A DNA stretch of 64,000 bases from Hypanus sabinus (lineage: Eukaryota). Position numbers and translations under genes: made by a program. Below, piece by piece: positions 60,301 through 64,000 of this stretch; position 1 is the stretch's first letter, and each line of letters begins with the position of its first letter. The stretch lies in NCBI RefSeq assembly GCF_030144855.1, contig NC_082706.1, forward strand, positions 44,454,001-44,518,000, in the 5' to 3' direction. Under the pieces are notes generated by a model. It was not told where the DNA came from and did no database searches. It saw nothing but the letters and a program-made list of their open reading frames with translations.

Positions 60301-61975
60301 GTTTCTGGTGGGAGATGACATCTGCAACTTCGCCTCAGCTTACGCTGTCTGTGCTCTAGGCAAGAACTCTAACCGATCACCTGCTGGTCTGTTCCAACCC
60401 CTGTATGTCCTCAAGAGACCCTGGTCCCACTTTGCCCTGGACTGTGTCACTGGTCTTCCCCCATCAGATGGTAACACCACTGTTCTCACAGTAGTTGACC
60501 ACTTTTCCAAGTCTGTACACTTCATTCCTCCTCTGCCAAAGAAAGTCAAATTACTTTTACTACATGTTTTAAAATTACATGGTTTACCTGTAGATGTTGT
60601 GTCAGACAGGGGCTCGCAATTTGCACCCAACTTCTGAAAGGCATTCAGTAATCTTCTGGGTACCTCGGTGAGTCTGTCTTCAGGATTACACCCAAGGACC
60701 AATGGCCAAACCAAGTGGGCCAGCCAACAATTTGAGACTGTATTGTGGTGTCTGGTCTCCCATAAACTCTCATCCATTCTCACCCCCGGTCCATCTCCCT
60801 TCAAGTGCTGCCTTGGCTACCAATCTCCACAGTTTCCTGCCCAGGAGGAGGAGGTGGTTAGCATTCTATCTGCAGAGACATTCATCTGCCATTATCAGCA
60901 GATGTGGAAGTGCACTTGCTCTGCCTTTCTCTATGCTTCAACTAGGATTAAGCATCAAGCTGACTGCCATCAGTCCAAGGCCCCACGTTACCGTTACGGA
61001 CAGCGTGTGCAGCTTTCAAACCGAGATCTGCCCCTTGAGGTGGATTCCCGCAAGGTCCCCCTCCCTCGCTTCATCAGATCCTTCCCATTGCTAAAGTTAT
61101 CAGCCCTGCTGCCATCTGCCTCAAGCTCCATTCTGCTCTCCACCGCATTCATTCCACCTTCCATATGTTCTGCATCGTCTTTCACGAGCCACTCCCTGTG
61201 CCCTGTCCACAAATCCCCCCCTCCCCGACGGCTCATCGATGGGTCAGAGGTCTTCACGGTGTGTCGACTGCTGGACGTTTGTCGCCGGGGCCGTGGCCTC
61301 CAGTGCCTTGTGGACTGGGAGAGCTACTGAGGAGAGGTGCTGGGTCCTGCCCGTAACATCCTGCACCCCACTCTCATCAGGGACTTTCATCACCAGCATC
61401 CTGTTCCACCTGCCGGGATGCCAGAAGACATCCGTGGGGCAGGGGTGGGTGGGGTACCGTCAGTAACTCCAGTTGAACTCTGTCTTTTTGTGTGTTTCCC
61501 CCCTAGCTGTCAGTCTGTGGTTTTGTACTGCCATGTGCTCTTGCTTGTTTTTATGCGCCAAGTGCTCCTGCTCCTGTTCCTGGACCTGCTCTACTCTGGC
61601 CCCTGTATTACCGAGTACCCCTCCTCTCACCTTTCACTCATTATTACCTGTTTTGCTACCACCTGTGTCTCACTGTGCTCCACCTATCATCTGCCTCTCT
61701 GTTTATTGCTCAGTGTATTTCAGTCCAGTGTTTTCATCTGTTTGTTGCCAGATTGTGCCAATGAGTTTCCTGAGCCTGTCCAGCATTTATATCTGAACTC
61801 TGTCTGAATATTGACTCTGCCTGTTTCCCGGCTCTGGCTTTTGGAATTCTCTGCAATCTTTGATTTCCATCTGAACTTTGATGCTGTCTTTCCCCTCTGG
61901 ATTTGCTACTCAGTAAATATCACAGTGCGCATAGTACTTAGTCTGTGACTGGGTCCCTGCTTCAGCCTCCTGACA
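57367..61975 (+). mobile_element. Decayed chromodomain-containing Gypsy (Sushi-like) LTR retrotransposon with both LTRs and 5-bp TSD GCTCC
   Basis: LTRs 57367-57885 and 61458-61975; TSD at 57362-57366 and 61976-61980; gag MDPADP..., retrotrans-gag-like [25 protein letters not shown], integrase VVSDRGSQF, chromodomain FTVCRLLDVCRRGRGLQCLVDWESY; PPT ~61436-61454. Confidence 0.95.
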
Positions 61976-62569
61976 GCTCCCCAGTCAACCATTGTTTCAT
62001 CCATGTTAGTCGTTCCTGTAAAACCAGGGGCTCACAGCTTGTGAAGCTGCCTCATGTGTGGTACCTTGTCAATGGCCTTCAGAAAATCCAAGTTCACGTC
62101 AACCAATTCTCCTTCGGCCAGCCTGCTTGTTTATTCTACATTCTGTTATTGCTTTACCTTGTTCTACCTCAATGCACTGTGTAATGATTTGTTCTGTAGA
62201 AACAGTATGTAATACAAATTTTTACCTATGGTTTGGTATGAAACAATAATAAACTTATTGTCCATTCAGTGCCAATATTAGTTTTTAAATAGTAATCGAT
62301 AAAGACAGTGCAGGTCCATGGGTTCAAATCTGGAACTGGAGCAGGTTTGACTTGGAGGGCATCAGGTAGGATCTAGCTGGGGTCGACTGGAATGTGGAAG
62401 GCTTTCAGAAGGGCCACAATAAGAGTCAGGGGCATCATGTTCCTCTTAAGGTGAAGGGTAAATATCAAGTTCAAATCTGAATCTGAATTAGGTTTATTAT
62501 CATTGACATATATCATCAAATGTGTTATTTTGTGGCAAGAGTTACATTTAATACATAAAGCAGAAGATA

Positions 62570-62980
62570 TACCGTAAAAATTAACAAATATGGTGGGGTA
62601 GTGTTCAGGAGTTCATGGACGATTCAGAAACCTGACATCAAAGGAGAAGAGGCTCTGACTAAAACATTGAATGTGGGTCTATTCAGTCTCCTGTACCTCT
62701 TCCTCGAAGGCAGCAAAGAGAAGAGCACATGTCCTGAATGGTGAGATACCTTCATGATGGATGCTACCCTCTTGAGGCATCACCTATTGAAGATGTCCTT
62801 GATCATGGGGATGGTTGTGCCTGTGATGGTGCTGGCTGAGTCTAGAACCCTCTGCATCCTTTTACAACTTTGTGCATACCAGACGGTGATGAAACCAGTC
62901 AGAATGTTCTCCACGGTACATCTGTAGAAACTTGCTCGAGTGGTTGGTGACACTCCAACTCTCCTCAAACTCCTATTGAA
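62570..62980 (-). mobile_element. Rex1/Babar-type LINE 3' fragment
   Basis: FYRCTVENILTGFITVWY...RMQRVLDSASTITG. Confidence 0.85.
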
Positions 62981-63269
62981 GTATTTCTGTTCATCAACAT
63001 CTCAGAGCTTTGTGTGAGGGAGCAGAGAAGAAAGTGAAAACTCCAGTTTTCCTCTGCCTTCGCAACTCTTCCCATGGATTGTCGTGAGGCAAAAATCATC
63101 CCACTCTCTAAGGAGGGAGAGATAAAACAGGGAACTATAGAGATCTCCGCCCAATGTGATGGACAATTTTGTGACCTTTGCCTGGTCTCGAACATTTCAT
63201 CATTTCTTGCCTCTTGCGATTTGAATAATTTTTGTAGATACACTGTAGAAAGTAAGTCTTCTAGGGTGC

Positions 63270-63760
63270 ATCACAGCCTGGTATAGGAGTTGTCTTGTCC
63301 AAGACCGGAAGAAGCTGCCGAAGATTGTGATCGGAGCCCAGCACATCACACAAACCAATCTTCCATCCTTGGACTCACTTTACACCGCATGCTGTCGGAG
63401 CAGAGCTGCCAGGCTGCTCAAGGACATGACCCACCCAGCCAACACACTTTTTGTCCCTCTTCCTTCCGGGAGAAGGTTCAGGAGCTTGAAGACTCATACG
63501 GCCAGATATGGGAACAGCTTCTTTCCAACTGTGATAAGACTGCTGAACAGATCCTGACCCGGATCTGGGCCGTACCTTCCAAATATCTGGACCTGACTTG
63601 CACTATCTTACCTTACCTTTCTTACCTTTTCAATTTTCTAATTATGATTTATAATTTAAATTTTTATTATATTTACTTTGATTTGTACTTCAGGGAGCAT
63701 GAAGCGCAGAAACAAATATCACTGTGATGAGTGTACATTATACTATCAATTGTTTGGTGA
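63270..63760 (+). mobile_element. Rex1/Babar-type LINE 3' end with tail
   Basis: AQHITQTNLPSLDSLYTACC...HPANTLFVPLPSGRRFRSLKTHTARYGNSFFPTVIRLLN, then a CAATAAAG tail. Confidence 0.88.
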
Positions 63761-64000
63761 CAATAAAGTATAAAATGTTGTCATTGAAGCCAAGCTGCCA
63801 TTATGTAATTTTCCATGGATTAACATGGCTCTCTGAGGTGGATGTCTCTCTAACACGAGATATCAGACCCAAGGAAGATCTAACCAGCACAAACAACATG
63901 CTGCAGGAACTCAGCAGGTCAGACAGTATTAATGGAAATGCATAAACATTTCAAGCATTTTCATCTGGACGGAAAAGGAAGAGGGCAGAAGCTGGGGGAG

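Overview
Repeat-dense vertebrate genomic DNA, most likely from a cartilaginous fish (ray/shark), judged from HE1-like SINEs and the CR1, Rex1/Babar, Penelope and Tc1 repeat types. No prokaryotic features and no CRISPR array. Host genes: (1) the last four coding exons of a divergent PDE9A-like cGMP phosphodiesterase on + (817-4877), with a 1.9 kb G-rich minisatellite in one intron; (2) a Siglec-like (sialic-acid-binding Ig-like lectin) gene on - (about 53.6 kb to 25.4 kb). The Siglec-like gene has an unusual layout: one non-coding first exon and ONE leader exon, then FOUR tandem ~4 kb cassettes each built around a V-set + C2-set exon pair (two intact V exons, one frameshifted, one deleted), then ONE transmembrane exon with a mid-membrane Arg and a short tail cut by a stop, upstream of an out-of-frame ITIM-like relic. 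An orphan, stop-containing Siglec C2 exon lies on + at 16 kb. The rest is transposon-derived: two Gypsy LTR elements (one with a tRNA-Trp PBS, one chromodomain/Sushi-type with an intact TSD), solo LTRs, a hAT MITE carrying a solo LTR, Penelope ends with hammerhead-like motifs, Tx1-like LINE pieces, and a fragmented ~30 bp array with a forkhead-like core. Exon boundaries were read by hand from splice signals; TE boundaries are approximate unless a TSD or TIR is quoted.
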